DNA of 64,000 bases from Eledone cirrhosa (GCA_964016885.1 OZ024742.1:227292001-227356000); one strand, 5' to 3'; positions 14,156 to 26,482 are shown, numbered from the stretch's first letter. Notes: generated from the sequence alone by a model not told the origin. Translations and numbers: made by a program.

Positions 14156-14490
14156 GTGTGTGTGCGTGTGTTCGCGCGTGTGTGTCTGCTCGCGCGTATG
14201 TGTATCTGTGTGTGTGTGTGTGTGTACGTGTGTGTGCTGTGTCAATATAATCGATAGTTAACTGTTTCAATGCTTTTAGTCTTTAAATATCAGTTTACTG
14301 TTAATACATTAACTTGAGGAATTGTGTGCCAAAAATAAGTATGGCGGAGAAAGAAAGCAGCTAAAATACTAAACTTCGCGCACACACGCACACCTGTATA
14401 TATGTGTATATGTATACATATATGTGTGTACATATGCATGTATGTATGTAAGTATGTTTATATACATGCATGAAAATGTATGTTTGTATG

Positions 14491-14539
<49 letters not shown>

Positions 14540-14540
<1 letters not shown>

Positions 14541-14982
14541 GCATACGTCAAAACGGCCGGTCTGAAAAGTGAAACTAATTTTTGACAGTTACGTACACTC
14601 ACTCATCTGAATAGATTTGTGTATATATAGTCCTGTATAAACTTCGAGATGACTATAATGCAGACACACGCAATTGTATGGATTTCTTAATATATATATA
14701 TGTGTGGGTGTGTATATGTGTATATATATATGTGTGTGTGTATGTATATATATATATATATATATGTGTGTTTGTATATATATATGTGTTTGTATATATA
14801 TATATGTGTGTATATGTGTCCATATACACACATATAAATGTTGTACATGTGTATATACATCTATAAGTTTGTGGATGTGTGTAAAAAAATATCACGTATT
14901 CACAATCCAAATTGAAAATAATGACGTTCGTAACTGTCAAAAATTAGTTTCACTTTTGAGACCGGCCGTTTTGACGTATGCC
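14540..14982. mobile_element. Non-autonomous DNA transposon, ~54-bp TIRs, 9-bp TSD (Mutator/Merlin-like)
   Basis: GGCATACGTCAAAACGGCCGGTCT..GACAGTTACG at both ends; TSD TATATCAGA at 14531-14539 and 14983-14991. Confidence 0.88.
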
Positions 14983-14991
14983 TATATCAGA

Positions 14992-15173
14992 TTGGAGGTG
15001 GTAAAAACTAGTTAAACCATTACTCACCAGAGTACTCGATACTTGGGGTAGTAGAGTGGGTAATATGAAAAAATTCAGGACCCCGACCCCGACAGCTAGA
15101 TCGATCCGAACGAGTTCAGATCAAGCTGTTGAAACGGCCGGAGCTCAGCGGTCGGGCTCCTGAATTTTTTCAT
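14992..15173 (-). mobile_element. Half-hammerhead hairpin PLE terminus (family H, variant)
   Basis: Tail matches 33208-33292 and 42333-42430; ends in an imperfect hairpin containing GAAAC-GGC..GTC. Confidence 0.65.
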
Positions 15174-15406
15174 ATATATATATTTATTTAATACATTAAC
15201 AGAGAAAGCTTTAAGCAATACTCTGACCGGCTTCCGTCTCAACAAACATTAGGATATACCTTAGTATAATCCCAATTATACGTTTGGGGTGCTAACTATA
15301 CGTATTTTACGGATAGCCAGTTGTATTATTTTATATGAGTCATAATTAAATACATCTCTCTTTCCAAACGATCGCTTCATTATAAGTTTTCTACAAATTG
15401 GGAAAA

Positions 15407-15601
15407 ATAATTGTTTCTACTTCAGGCACAAGGCCAGCAATTACCCAGTGCATTACTGGTACTTTATTTTATCGACCCCGTAAGGATGAAAGGCAAAGTT
15501 AACCTCGGCGGGATTTGAACTCAGAATGTAAAGGGACGTAACTATGCTAGAAAGCATGGCGTCCGACTCTCTACCGATACTGCCAATCCACCGCCTTTGG
15601 G
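15407..15601 (-). mobile_element. Full-length OK-like tRNA-SINE with TSD
   Basis: A box TGGCAGTATCGG, B box GAGTTCAAATCC; flanked by AATTGGGAAAA(A)TAAT direct repeats. Confidence 0.92.
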
Positions 15602-16057
15602 AATTGGGAAAATAATGTCCAGGTTATGTACACATAGTCCGTAGGAATATATGTAGGTGGGCACTTATAAATCATCAGTGGATGCCCGACAATATCGATA
15701 TAAAAAAAACCTTACCGATATTAATATTCAGCGATGGTACCCGTCAGTGTTAGAGTGACCGCCAAATTTGAAATTCCATCAGTCTCACAATGAGAAATCT
15801 CACACCGTCACCAAGCGGGAAGGGGAGGTCATCGCAAAACATAAAAGAATAAAATAATATAATATGCACGCAGGTCAATTAATTCTTTCAATAATTTTAA
15901 CCATGCGTGAAGAGCTCAATTGGATATAAAAAATAAATATATGCATGTATTATTTATACACGCATATAGGTATTTTCTTAGGCTAAAAACAGAGACAAGA
16001 TACCGGAAAAACAATCAATATTTCATACAAAGAATAAATACAGAAATATATATATAT

Positions 16058-16099
16058 ATGCAAAAGTTTTATTTAAAATTGTTGGGTTACAACAAGTAA

Positions 16100-16182
<83 letters not shown>

Positions 16183-16332
16183 TGATATTAAATAAATGGA
16201 AACTATATTTATAAAACCATATTTATTAATATCATTGAATATTATACTCCAGAAAAACTTGTCGAGTGCTTTGAATCAGTTATAAACATTTATATTTGTT
16301 GAATTACCAACAAATTAAATATCCCTTTTCCG
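16058..16332. mobile_element. Fragments of HHR family A tail, in both orientations, within (TA)n
   Basis: Similar to 2825-2965 and 28353-28406. Confidence 0.6.
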
Positions 16333-16563
16333 TATATATATATATATATATATTTCGTTTCTGAATTTGTTTAGCAAGATTCTCTATCTGAAATCGTGTG
16401 TTGAAACCGATATTGTTATACTTTGGGAGGGTCATGTTGCCAATAAGAAACACACGCACCAGTTGCTTTCACTTCAATTTATTATATATTTATAAATTTA
16501 CAAATTCATAAATCTATAAATTTCTGGTTGGTTGGTTCCACAACCAGATAGTTGTTTATATAT

Positions 16564-16608
16564 AGTCATAGTCCTTTCGTCACACACTATGTGACCTCTT
16601 CAGTGACT
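16564..16608 (-). ncRNA. Minimal type-I hammerhead in the PLE 3' terminal repeat, family D
   Basis: AGTCA-CTGAAGA-g-GTCACA tagtg TGTGAC-GAAA-GGAC-TA|TGACT; 5-bp stem I and very short stem III. Confidence 0.8.
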
Positions 16609-16822
16609 GGGGATTCCTTTCTTTGTTTCTGTGCCTCTCCTTTTTTCTGTCCTACGCCATTTTGTTTCTGTGTGTGTGTTGTGTGCTCAGTTTGCGCATG
16701 CGCCACATCCGGGTGTCTGTGTGTGTTTATGTTCATTTATCTATTTGTTTATTTATTTATTTATTTACATGTTATTGGTTGGTTGTTTGTTCTATGTGTG
16801 TGTGTGTGTTTTCATTTTGTCC

Positions 16823-19800
16823 TTAATTGTAAGTTGTGATGTTGCTGTTCCACTCATATTTTCTATTTAATTTTGGTTGTAATTCTTTTATGTTTATTGC
16901 CTCTGTAATTTGTCTAAACATTGCATCTTTTCTGTGTGTAGATTCTATTTTTATTTCTATGTTCTCTAATTTACCCTTGTGTTCTATCTTAGCATGTTGG
17001 TAGAGTACAGATGATTCTTTATTATCTTGAAGGTCTCGCCAGTGTTCATTTATCCGTTACCCTATACTACGAGCTGTCTCACCTATCTACACTATATTTT
17101 TGTTTCTACATTGTCCTTCAGTACATCTTATGCTATACACTACATTTCTAGTTTTACAGTTAATATGGGGGCTTATTTTACAGGTTATACATTTCTTATC
17201 TATACATGAGGGTCTTTGAAAAGGGTATGTCTTGCTAATAAGTGTTTTTATGGAGGTACCTGGTCTTTCTACTATCTTAATATTGAGTTTATGTTTATTT
17301 AGGGCCCTTCTAAATTTGTAGGCTAGTTCGCCTCTAGGGGTTGTATCGATGAACATTACACTCTGGTATTTATTGCTATCATACCATGAGTTTATTCTAT
17401 TAGCCTTGTTCCTAGTTCTTTCTATTCTATTCCAAAATTTGCTCCTATACAAGGGGCAGGTCCCATTTATGTCATTATTTACCATTTTTTCCCATTTGGT
17501 TCTGGCTCCTCTATACACTCTGATTCTATCTCTCTGATTGTAGCCAGAGAACTGCATACGGTGGATGAAGTGTTGTATGTGTCTCTCTAGTTCTTCGGGG
17601 TTGCACATGCGGGACACATTTCTCATCACCCGTACCAAATCCGCAATCAGTATGTTGATTTTGGTATGGTCCGAAATGGCCGAGTTTCGGTGGATCAGAT
17701 GTTTGGAAGTCATGGGTTTGGCATAATGGGAATGGAGGATTTATTTTTGGTTGTTAATGGTATCTAGCCAGAGCTCTGTGTCTAGTACAGGTAATCGATG
17801 GTTGGGGTGTCTACTTGGGTAGTCTATAGTAACTCTAATGCTCTGGTGGATGGAGTTTTCTATTTGCTGGATGCTTTCCATTGTGTTTTTCTCTAGTTCC
17901 TGACTGTTCTCTAGTGGGGGTGTCTTAACTACGATGTTTATATCATCTACGTAGCGGGAGTACATTATCAGGGTTAAGCTGTCTTCTAATTGTTCTTTAA
18001 GCTTAAGTTTAAGTCTACTGTCCCACCATACCATGAATAAGTTAGCTATGTCGCCTGCAATGCTAACACCAATGGCTGCTCCTTCCTCTTGGGCATATGT
18101 TTTTCCATTAAATTTGAACATATGTTCCTTACGGGTTAGTTTTATGCTGGCCCCTACCGCATGTGCAATCATTTTCTTCAGTTCATCGTGGTTTTCGGGT
18201 GTCCGTATGGCTCTGGTCCACCCGTTCCATCTATCTGTGTGGGTTTTCTTGGCCATTGAGGTAATGGTAGGTGATCTGCCTCTTGCTGGTCTTGTAGGGC
18301 ACAGGTTGCTAAGGTCATATGTGTCTAGGTAACTATTAATATAGGTAAGCTTAAGTAGAAGTCCCAGCTCACTGGTATCAATCCCACGGAACTCAACCTT
18401 GCTCTCACTGATCATTTCTACGCATTTCTCCACAGCAAAATCCACGTCAATAGATGGATACAGGGACACAACATCCATACTGCCTATTATGCAGTTTGTT
18501 AGGTCCCCAGATCGGTTACTCACGCCGATTCTGCTGAGGAGGTCCTCCGTGCTGTCACATACATCTGGGGACATTTCAATGATGGGGCGTATGATCAGGG
18601 AGAGGAAGTAGGACAGTCTGTAGTTACTAGCAATGTTAGCTCCACAGACTGGCCGTGTTGGTGGTCCCGCGACAGGGTCACAGCCCGTTTTATGGTCTTT
18701 TCGAAGCTCATACAACGCCGGCACGTCATTGTTCCAGGCCTGGAAGTTGTTGGCAGTCCTTTTGTTGGGCTGCATTATATTCGTCCACATCACCATATGG
18801 GCATTGAGAGCTTTTTCTCTATCCTCATGCTCCTGTGGTGTTACCTCTCTTGTGTTAGTGATGTGGGGTTGCATTGCCTGGATGTAGTTTGGCAGGCTGT
18901 CAACCGACATTCTGCCAGACTTGTCTGTTGGAAAGCATGCTATCTCTCCATTACGTGAGCGCTGCATGAGCTTACGCAAGCCATTTGCAGATTTTTCTCC
19001 CAGTTGCTGGGCCTCCATTCTATTATGCTTCTTGCTATACTGTTCTATAATATTTCTAAGTTCGGATCTAGCTATACTAAATTGTGCTTCTGTTTGTTCA
19101 TCGACCTGCGACGGCAATTGCGTGCGTTTGTTAAATGGTAAAGTCGTGGCGTGGACTCGTCGCAGGTCGAATGATTTATCGGAGGGATTATAAAACGGAG
19201 AGTTCCAGGCTGCTGCTTTATGTGTACTAGTGCTATTGTTATTGTTAGTTGTGTTGTTTCTATTTCTATTTCTATTTCCACCAACAGCCTCATGGTTGTT
19301 TCTATGTCTCTCATAATTACTCCTGTCTCTTTCCACTGGCTCATTGTTGTTATCTACCCTATTTTGTGTGTCTGTGTGTTCGTCTTGGTTGTTCTCTTTG
19401 TCCTTAGTCTCCCTTCTCCTTTTAATCCTATTACTTTCCCTTATTTCTGTGATTTCTGTGCTACTGTCATTACTTGTTTTCTGTGTCTGTGTGTTTGTTA
19501 AGATTGTGGTGGTGGTGAGAGGCATTGAATGCGTGTGTGTTGTTGTTGTTGTTGATGTGTGCTGTTGTTGATGTGTGTTGTTGTTGTCTCCGTGTGTTAT
19601 TGTTGTTGTGTGTGTTGTTATTGTTGTTTGTGTCTGCGTGTCTGTTGTTGTTGTTTCTGGGTATGTTGTTATTGTTGTTGTTGTTGATGTGTGTGTTGTT
19701 GTTATTGTTGTTTGTGTCTGTGTGTCTATTGTTGGGATGTGTGTTGTATATGTGTGTGCGTATATTGTTGCTTTTGTTTTTGTTTTTGTTTTTGATGCTC

Positions 19801-20207
19801 CAGCGTAGTTTTGTAAATGATTTTTCTATTTCTGACAGACAACTAATCATATTTACCTTCTTGAATGTCGCAAATTTCGGGGGCAAACACAACACAGACA
19901 TCTCGTTATTATCTATTCTTGCGTTCCCATATATATTGGTGTTTTTGTTGTTGAACTCTTCTGTTAATGAGGTGTCGGCCATGTTTATACCGTCAATTTT
20001 GTCGGGATATCTATTGGTATTCTCTATAGTATCCTGATTTAGCTTTATCTGTTGAAGCCACTTTAGTTTCCTGTTAAAGTGCTTATCACATTCTTGAGTA
20101 ATGTACTGTTCTTCAGGGCGTATAAGGCTTATAAATATTAGTTTCTCTCTTGGTGTGGTGATCCTAGCTATTTCTTGTATTAGGTTACGCTTTTGTTTTT
20201 CTTGATG
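16823..20207 (-). pseudogene. PLE RT-endonuclease polyprotein, disrupted
   Basis: LPPKF..EIEKSFTKLRW; PTDKSGR; LRKDHK..PPTRPVCG; MDVVSLYPSI; EGAAIG; YSRYVDD; LPVLD; CxxxxCxxC linker; VVYSIRC..*IGETARSIG; frameshifted RINEH..QITEAINIKELQPKLN; lesions near 19525, 17741 (TAA), 17087 (TAG) and 17058. Confidence 0.9.
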
Positions 20208-21000
20208 ACTAGAGAAAAACACAATGGAAAGCATCCAGCAAATAGCAAACTCCATCCACCAGAGCATTAGAGTTACTATAGACTACCCAAGTAGACACCC
20301 CAACCATCGATTACCTGTACTAGACACAGAGCTCTGGCTAGATACCATTAACAACCAAAAATAAATCCTCCATTCCCATTATGCCAAACCCATGACTTCC
20401 AAACATCTGATCCACCGAAACTCGGCCATTTCGGACCATACCAAAATCAACATACTGATTGCGGATTTGGTACGGGTGATGAGAAATGTGTCCCGCATGT
20501 GCAACCCCGAAGAACTAGAGAGACACATACAACACTTCATCCACCGTATGCAGTTCTCTGGCTACAATCAGAGAGATAGAATCAGAGTGTATAGAGGAGC
20601 CAGAACCAAATGGGAAAAAATGGTAAATAATGACATAAATGGGACCTGCCCCTTGTATAGAAGCAAATTTTGGAATAGAATAGAAAGAACTAGGAACAAG
20701 GCTAATAGAATAAACTCATGGTATGATAGCAATAAATACCAGAGTGTAATGTTCATCGATACAACCCCTAGAGGCGAACTAGCCTACAAATTTAGAAGGG
20801 CCCTAAATAAACATAAACTCAATATTAAGATAGTAGAAAGACCAGGTACCTCCATAAAAACACTTATTAGCAAGACATACCCTTTTCAAAGACCCTCATG
20901 TATAGATAAGAAATGTATAACCTGTAAAATAAGCCCCCATATTAACTGTAAAACTAGAAATGTAGTGTATAGCATAAGATGTACTGAAGGACAATGTAGA
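20208..21000 (+). repeat. 793-bp inverted duplicate of PLE segment 17105-17897
   Basis: The ORFs at 20392 and 17713 encode the same peptide; I saw only two substitutions. Confidence 0.95.
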
Positions 21001-21575
21001 TTCTATTAGATATTCCTTTAGTGATTGAGTTTAATATGGATTTAGGGTGGTTAGACTTGGTATCTACATAAATTAGTTTTTCGTTAGGTTTATGAAAGGG
21101 TGTTTATATTTTAGAGTCTAGGTAAAGGGTAGCATCAAAGAAGTTAACATTTTTAGTGTCTTTGTCTAAGGTGATACTTAAGTTGAAGTTTTTGAAAATG
21201 TTATGTAATAGTTTCCTAGTTCTTTCTATATTAAATTTGTTATAGTCTATAAGGAGTAGTGCATCATCGCGGTATAAACCACCATTGAGGTATGGTAGGT
21301 CCTTATGAATTTCATTTAGTAGATATAGGCCCATCAAATCAGTGACCTGCGCCGAGTCACTAGATCCCATAGTTATGTCAAAGTTGTTATGCGTATCCTT
21401 GCCGGTCCATAATTGATCTTCAAATGTAATTATGGTTTTTCGGGCCGCAAGTATGACATCAATCTGGGATCTAGTCGGGTCACTGTTGTTCATGGCCATA
21501 ATAAGTGCCTTATTTAATAGGATAGGGGAAATGGAGGTGTAGTATGAATTGATATCAAACTATATACATTTTTTT
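21001..21575 (-). pseudogene. RT fragment of a second PLE lineage (GLYRDD type)
   Basis: QFDINSYYTSI..FDITMGSSDSAQVTDLMGLYLL..GGLYRDDALL..VNFFDATL..*TPFHKPNEKLIYVDTKSNHP. Confidence 0.85.
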
Positions 21576-21974
21576 ATTTTTGTTCTCTTTAATATCATAA
21601 CATAATACACTAACATATTCGCTTAAAGTGCTTGTATTTTATGTAATACCTTGCCATACAGTACTCATATATGCATAATACATTTGCTTGTTCCATTCCT
21701 TTATATATCACTAACGCATGTACTATCTCTTTAATTATTAGACTATTCTCTTATATTATCTGTCGCATGTATTCCCCTCTGTGCTTTTAATTTTAATTTT
21801 TAATTTTTAATTTTAATTTTAATCTTAATTTGAATTATTGTACAATTCTCGTATAATATATGTCGCATCCATTCCACTCTGTAAACATGAAACTGTTGTC
21901 CACAACATCAATATATATGTATCTGTATGATTCTTCAGTTGAATAGGAGGTTAATTATATGTACAAACATTGAT

Positions 21975-22027
21975 AATGCTCCGAGGATTCCAAGCTTAAG
22001 TTTGGAAGAAACAATTGTCAGCGATTA
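21975..22027 (+). ncRNA. Minimal hammerhead motif, family C, with a U4C core change
   Basis: AATGCT-CCGAGGA-TTCCAAGC ttaa GTTTGGAA-GAAA-CAATTG(palindrome)-TC|AGCGATT. Confidence 0.75.
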
Positions 22028-22196
22028 AATGATTTAAACATTATTTTGATACTTATGTAATCTATATTCCTGCTCTGTAAAACACCTGATGTTCATACAT
22101 TGAGCTATTTCTCTTACTGGTAATAAGGTAGTAATAAATTACTGACCTTCCCTGTTTATAGTTGTTTATAGTATATACATAACTATAAATAGTATC

Positions 22197-22274
<78 letters not shown>

Positions 22275-22659
22275 GTGATAATTAGGCTCACATTTTCACG
22301 GTATACTAAAGTTTCACGATATTAGTAGGTGAATCCTATTATTGGGGGTGACCCACTTGTATATTACAAATTATCAATCATAAGTTCATTTGAAAATATA
22401 TACTTCTGGGTCTTTTTGCTTTCTGTTTATCTAAGAGAAGCTACTCGTAGAGGAAAAATACTTTTTCAAAAGCAGTTGTATTCTGATAATGTGCTGTTAG
22501 TAGCAATACACGCGTGGATTACTTCCAGTAATAGGATTTATCTCTAATGTCATGAAACTTAAGTATTTCACGAAAATGTATGCCTCACTAAATTAAATTA
22601 CATGATACATAATGATGGCTCATTCTTTCGTAGTTACGATTTCATACTCAGGTTTCGGT

Positions 22660-22760
22660 AAGCGTATGGCTTAGTGGTGAGAGAGTCAGGCTTACAATCG
22701 TGAGGTTGTGAGTTTAAGTTCCGGACAGGGCTGTGTGTTGTGTTCTTGAGCAAGACACTT
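22660..22760 (+). mobile_element. OR-like SINE head
   Basis: atggcttagtggt...gtgttcttgagcaagacactt. Confidence 0.7.
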
Positions 22761-23149
22761 GATAGTAATATACCCTTCTTACATATAGTTAAATATTATT
22801 GATTATTTTATAATAAATATAATCGTTCTAATATCTCTGTAACAACTTAAACTTTAATATATATATATATATTCACTTCGTATAACTTCATGGTTCCTGA
22901 TATAATGTTAGATCTTTGACCCTGTTAAATTTGATGGATCATTCTTACAAACTATGAATATTGCTTTGATACAACTGTATAAGTTCCAATTCATTACTGG
23001 AAAGTTACTACTCTTCCAAATAACATTTAAATATTTTAATACAACTGACACCCTGTTATTTGACCTGCTATTTAATTTGATAAGTTGATATATGTTATCT
23101 GTTGTTCTTAAATGATTTGTATTGATATTTAATTAATTGTTTTGGATTT

Positions 23150-23263
23150 TAATTAAACTCTGATGATTCCTATAGTTTATGTTAACTAATAGCAAATTGT
23201 TAAATAAAATAATTTACTGTCTATGATATATTCCTATGGGCAGAAACAATTGATAGTGATTAA
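23150..23263 (+). ncRNA. Degenerate family C hammerhead with a ~75-nt stem II region
   Basis: CTGATGA at 23160, then ttcctatag...cctatggg, GAAACAATTG; downstream similar to 22008-22120. Confidence 0.45.
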
Positions 23264-23403
23264 ATGCCTTGAACTTTTAATTTTAGCTTATAAGCAGATT
23301 GTAATTATATACTGGCTCTGCTTCATACTATCATAGCATTGAGTTAAATTACATCTAATAAATGAGTAAAGTTAACTATCATTAATGTATTAGTATTACT
23401 ATT

Positions 23404-23505
23404 CCCACCGAGGTTAACTTTGCCTTTCATCCTTACGAGGTCGATAAAATAAAGTACCAGTAATGTACTAGGTAATTTGCTGGCCTTGTGCCAAAAGTAG
23501 AAACA
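23404..23505 (+). mobile_element. 5'-truncated OK-like SINE with a 23-bp TSD
   Basis: ATTAATGTATTAGTATTACTATT on both sides. Confidence 0.9.
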
Positions 23506-23524
23506 ATTAATGTATTAGTATTAC

Positions 23525-23616
<92 letters not shown>

Positions 23617-24120
23617 TAGCAGAAGTACCCGGCGTTGCCTGGGTGTAAGTCGACCTTTGGTCTGTTAGAATGTGTGAAAGTTACTTCCCGCGCATCACAG
23701 GTTCAAAACTTCGAACTTCAATGAAAAAAAAAAGGTTAGTAGACACAGGTGTGTAATTTATTAATTGTAGTTACACAGTGTATCGTTGAAATTGTTCTCT
23801 GCACGACTGACGGATGTCAAAATCGCTTGATATTGAATGTTCAGTTAATTTAAAGCAGGGTGAAAATGTCGATTACTTTCAGGATTTTTTTTTTTTTACA
23901 ATTTTTGCGCCACATGTGCAGAAGAAGGATTAAAAGGGCCTTTATCTTAACCTCGGCATAATGGCGAGTCTTTTGTGACAGTTTTCAAGAATATAGGACG
24001 TTCCTGTAAAAAGTTTTCCCATGTGTAACTTTGCCTTGTTTTTTTGCGCAAAGTCGAGCCCCACTTCAGTTTTATTGATTTTTTACATCAATGCGTGATC
24101 TCTGAAGTAGATTTGAGTAG

Positions 24121-24679
24121 CTAAAAACCTGTCCCGGTAAATTTGCTATAGGTGAAAAAAAGTTGATCAAAATTGTATCTAGGGTTATTGCCCTTTGCCA
24201 CAGCCTCAAGCCTCGTCTGAATGGATGTTGGTGATTCCTCCGTCAGCGCTTGTTGGCGACGAAGGCGAACATCAGCAAGCCTTGTCGTACGTGATGTTGG
24301 TGACTCAACCAGCCGGGAAAGACGTCTATCAGCGAGTCGAGATTCGCGCTCAGCAGGTATTTCCTAGAGAAAATTAATTAATTCTACTGGTTAGCTAAGC
24401 CAATGGCAGTGTTAATAGTAAATGAGAAATGTCTAACATGAACAAAAGGGAATCAAGGTAAGACAATAAATTTAATATAACTACGATTAGAATGTTGTAG
24501 TTGCTTAAAAGTGGTGACAGTTAGGATAAACGCAGTACTTGCTAACATTAAGGGAGAATATTGCATAAAGGATTAATCAATTGTGAATGAACTCATACCT
24601 GAGAACGCCTAATTCGTTGTCTCAAAGCAGTAGCTGTACCTTTTTTGGAGGTAAGTCTTGAACGTTTCCGTGTGGGCAT
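24121..24679 (-). CDS. Putative spliced 107-aa Helitron N-terminal remnant with STPR-like repeats (exon 1 24679-24599, exon 2 24363-24121)
   Basis: MPTRKRSRLTSKKGTATALRQRIRRSQ, donor CAG|GTATGA, 235-nt intron, acceptor TTTTCTCTAG|, then in-frame EIPAERESRL..ESPTSRTTRL..ESPTSIQTRL..stop. Confidence 0.6.
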
Positions 24680-24801
24680 AACGACGTGTAACGAAGCTGT
24701 TAGGTTAGAGAGAGGTGATTAAATACAGAGAGAGATGACACCAGATTCGTTAGCATGGTTACTGGTGAATGGGAAGGTTTGGAAATATGATTACAATAAC
24801 T

Positions 24802-25060
24802 TACCAAATTTTCCGGTCTATAAATTGCACTTAAAATAATTAAATTTAATCAAAAAACAGCTCTGCGCTTTATACTCCGGTGAGCCTTATGTATAAATAA
24901 TACAATGGTAATCAATCACGGCTCTAACAGAAGTAATAGATCTAGACTAAAAGTAAAGAAGATAGCATTTTCCTGGTTGGCCTTACACGCCGTTCAGCGG
25001 ACCTGATTTTAAATGATACGCCTTATATCCTGGTGAGCCTTATAGAGCGGAAAATATCTA
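24802..25060. mobile_element. Diverged pogo-type MITE nested in the Helitron
   Basis: ttttccggtctataa / ttatagagcggaaaa imperfect TIRs; subterminal ggtgagccttat repeats. Confidence 0.55.
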
Positions 25061-25729
25061 TTGGAAAAGAATACGAATTCATGACCAAGGTGTGACAAAA
25101 TAGGCGTCTATACAGCGCCTGAAACAAACTTGTCCAAAACCCTAGGATTTTTCTCGTTAAGTATCCACCCAAAAGGAACCGTTTTTTAGTTACAAAAAAT
25201 AACCAAAGTGTATAGTAGCTATATTTCTGACATATCATGCCAAAAAGAACAATATATTCAAAAAATGTTCTAAAGTACATTCAATCTCTCTTTTTGACCG
25301 ATATCTCCAAAAAATGCCATTAGAGGTGGGCTAATAATGAAGACACAAACCCTGGTGAACTTACGTTTAAACACCCGAAAAGTTACTCACTTCCTGTGCA
25401 AAAGACTGTATTATAAATTAAGTAATTTTTTAGAATCTTTTGTTTAAAAAAGGAAAACATTGGTACGGAAGTAAAATTTTTTACAACTTTGTATGTGTAC
25501 AATACAACTTGGTCAACGTATTATTTAGTGATTTGGAGATAAATATAGATAATTTAATATATCAACTAACATAGGCGCACAGATGCACGTCCATGCCAGC
25601 AAATACACAGGTTATGTCATAGTACCTAGGTGGTTCACTGCAGGAGGGTGCAGAACAATAATATAAAAGACGTAAAATAAGAAAATATTAAAAAAATTTT
25701 TTTTTTTTTTTTTTTTTTAAATACATAAG

Positions 25730-25985
<256 letters not shown>

Positions 25986-25988
25986 TAT

Positions 25989-26260
25989 GGAGGCACATGA
26001 CCTAGTGGTAAGGGTGTTGTACTTACGATCATAATACTGTGGGTTCGATTCCTGGTTTGCGTGTTGTGTTCTTCAGCGTTGTTCCAGTATACTCAGCTAA
26101 AAATGAGTACTAATAGCTGGGGGTTTAACCCTGCGATGGACTGGCGTCCTGTCCAGGGTCGAGGACGGAATCTTGTACTCTCAGTCGCTTCACGCCATGA
26201 AATCGGGATAAGCACCGGCCAAATGAGCTTTCTGGCTTAAGACAGACTTTAGACTTTAGA
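25989..26260 (+). mobile_element. tRNA-SINE with a V-domain-like core
   Basis: A and B boxes, then CCCTGCGATGGACTGGCGTCCTGTCCAGGG; tail (agacttt)n; second copy at 43668-43895. Confidence 0.75.
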
Positions 26261-26269
26261 TATATAGGA

Positions 26270-26482
26270 ACGATCGACTTTCGTCAAATCGGACCGAGGG
26301 AACAATGTTTCCGTTGGTCTTTCCAAGTGTTAATACTATCTATCGGTCGCAACTCCAGGTAGAAGGAGCAACGTGAAATAAAGTGTCTTGCTCAAGGACA
26401 TAACGCATCGCCTGGTCCAGGAATCGAACTCACAACCTTACGATTGCGAATCCAATTCTCTAACCACTCAGCCACACGCCTT
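26270..26482 (-). mobile_element. tRNA-SINE (OR-like head, distinct body)
   Basis: Minus ggcgtgtggctgagtggttag..gagttcgattcc; second copy at 42727-42890. Confidence 0.75.

Larger units (their letters stand above)
16354..20207 (-). mobile_element. Penelope-like retroelement, 5'-truncated, C-terminal GIY-YIG type
   Basis: N-terminal region, RT, Cys-rich linker, GIY-YIG, and a 3' UTR with a hammerhead, ending at (TA)n. Confidence 0.92.
23616..25549 (-). mobile_element. Non-autonomous Helitron (5' end tentative)
   Basis: Minus-strand 3' end CCCAGGCAACGCCGGG hairpin plus TACTTCTG-CTAG|T; candidate 5' A|TCTATATT at 25549; carries STPR-repeat exons in the same orientation. Confidence 0.7.

Noticed and set aside
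15520-15600. tRNA gene calls for A/B-box sequences here and at other SINE heads
   Set aside because: They run into SINE bodies with tails and TSDs and lack a full cloverleaf
15748-15762. CCGCCAAATTTGAA E2F/CHR-like promoter motif
   Set aside because: Single short motif with no adjacent gene
16823-21575. Selenocysteine read-through as in some Naiad PLEs
   Set aside because: The interrupting stops are TAA/TAG rather than TGA, and the endonuclease of the large element is C-terminal
24204-24356. Plus-strand 153-nt open segment with cag| and |gt boundaries, resembling a host exon
   Set aside because: The minus-strand reading explains the internal 69-nt repeat as STPR units, has a matching upstream ATG exon and agrees with the Helitron orientation
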